From Squalus acanthias (taxonomy: Eukaryota): a DNA stretch of 64,000 bases. Both the position numbers and the translations under genes were made by a program. Below the pieces are notes generated by a model. That model did not search any database and was not told the origin of the DNA. It worked only from the letters and a program-made list of their open reading frames with translations. The DNA lies in NCBI GenBank assembly GCA_030390025.1, contig CM059432.1:99140001-99204000 (forward strand), given 5' to 3'. This document shows, piece by piece, positions 62,521 through 64,000 of this stretch (position 1 is its first letter; each line of letters opens with the position of its first letter).

Positions 62521-62815
62521 GGGTGTCCCTTCCCTGGATTGCTAAGCCATTTGTGTTAGTGCTGAAGCACTTTTCCCATTTTTTGAAGTGCGGAAGGGAA
62601 TTCAGCTTTAGAGCTGAAGACTCCCATTTGGGTATTTTTTTCAAATGTAAAATTTTTTTTTTAAGGCAGTAGAGCTGCAAGGGCTGAAAACTGCATTTTT
62701 ATTTTACTTCATTTTTATTTTTATCAGTTCAGAAGGCATTACCCTTTTAAGCAAATGACAATGCATTGCCCTTTTAATATTCCACAATGCCTAGCGAAAT
62801 CATAGCCTCGCGATT

Positions 62816-63900
62816 GGCCGCGATTTTCCCAGCGGAGGCGGGTTGGAGTTGGGTTGGAGTTGGGTTGAGTGGTCGGCAGCTTCCATCCCGCTCCCAGTTG
62901 CCGGTGCCCAGCAGGTGAAAATTTACCTTGATTGGCCTCATTACGGCCGACGTGTGGGTCCCTCCAGGCAATTGCTTGGAGCGTGTCAGATGCTTGTGTC
63001 TGATGACACGTTGTTTCAGTGAAGATTTAAAGGGGTCATGTCCCCTTTGCAGAAGCATTAGCTTCTTTCTCTCAGAAGTGCTGGCTGCTGCAGGAATGGC
63101 AGCGCAACAAACTAAGGCTGCACCCAGGTTCGATGAGGGCTCCCTCCATGCTCTTGTGGAGGGAGTTAGAGGACGTCAGGAGCTCCTCTTCCCTGGAAAC
63201 GGAAGGAGGAGGCCCCCTCAGCAAACCAAGGCAGCTTGGCTGCAAATTGCTGAGGAGGTGAGTTCGAGGTCTGTGTGCAGACGCACATGGGTTCAGTGTC
63301 AAAAGGTTTAATGATCTATTGAGGAGAGAAACCAGAGGTTCGTAGACGTCCTTGTCATGAGGAATGTCAGTACAGTGACGGGTTAACATGGCCCCACCAA
63401 TGTACAGCAAGGTGCTCTCCAGCAACTTGCTAGCAGTGAAGAGCGGGTGACCCATGAGAGGGACGGTGATGTACGAGCACAAGGAAGTGGGGGCTCCGCT
63501 CCAAGCGCTCACACTCCCTTGCCACTGCCGAGCCCTCGGTCAGAGCCCCATCTGCCTGAGGCAACAGGAATGGCTGTGTCTGCCCCTGCACAGCCGCAGG
63601 AGGAGCAGACTTTGGCGGGGCCCTCGAAGGCTCCCAAAACCAGAGGACGGCCGTCAAAGGTGTCTAAGCAGGAGCAGCAGGGAAGTGAGCAGCCTGCCAC
63701 CACATCTGCTGAAGCCACAGGGGTCTCACAACGTAGAAGCTCGCATAAGAGAAAGATGTCACGTTAGTTATCATAAGGGTTATCACTTGGGTGGTATGAT
63801 ATAATTATTTGAACATTTTCTGTTCATAGCGATTTTTGTAATAAAATTATGTTGAACCAAGGTTTGGCATCGTTGTGATGACAACTTGAGGTGGCACAGT
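62816..63900 (+). mobile_element. Harbinger element F, Myb-only with internal deletion; right end uncertain
   Basis: Left TIR GGCCGCGATTTTC; Myb exon 1 from 63096 (AAPRFDEGSLHALVEG...TWVQC) joined at ~63325 to late exon 3. Confidence 0.85.
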
Positions 63901-64000
63901 TTAGGGTAAGTGCGCCTTTAAAATCCAACAATGCTGGTTAGAGTGCATCTACAGTGCCCAACACAGACTTGCAGCCTAAAAACGAAAATGCCCCCCAAAT

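Overview
Repeat-dense eukaryotic DNA, most consistent with a cartilaginous fish (shark-type DeuSINE/SacSINE1-like, V-SINE/HE1-like, CR1, RTE, Penelope repeats). I cannot support any intact host protein-coding gene. By my boundary estimates roughly 40% of the window derives from PIF/Harbinger DNA transposons: two decayed two-gene elements (transposase plus Myb/SANT), several elements that kept the Myb gene but lost the DDE core, and many MITEs. Also present: a full-length Tigger/pogo element, a 5'-inverted RTE LINE inside a multi-level nested insertion, a Penelope insertion with inverted pLTRs carrying a minimal hammerhead ribozyme motif, two solo LTRs with 4-bp TSDs, a probable ERV 3' remnant, and a decayed cluster of five tRNA pseudogenes, two of which have lost their central core. 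Family names come from recalled motifs and consensus sequences, not from database searches.
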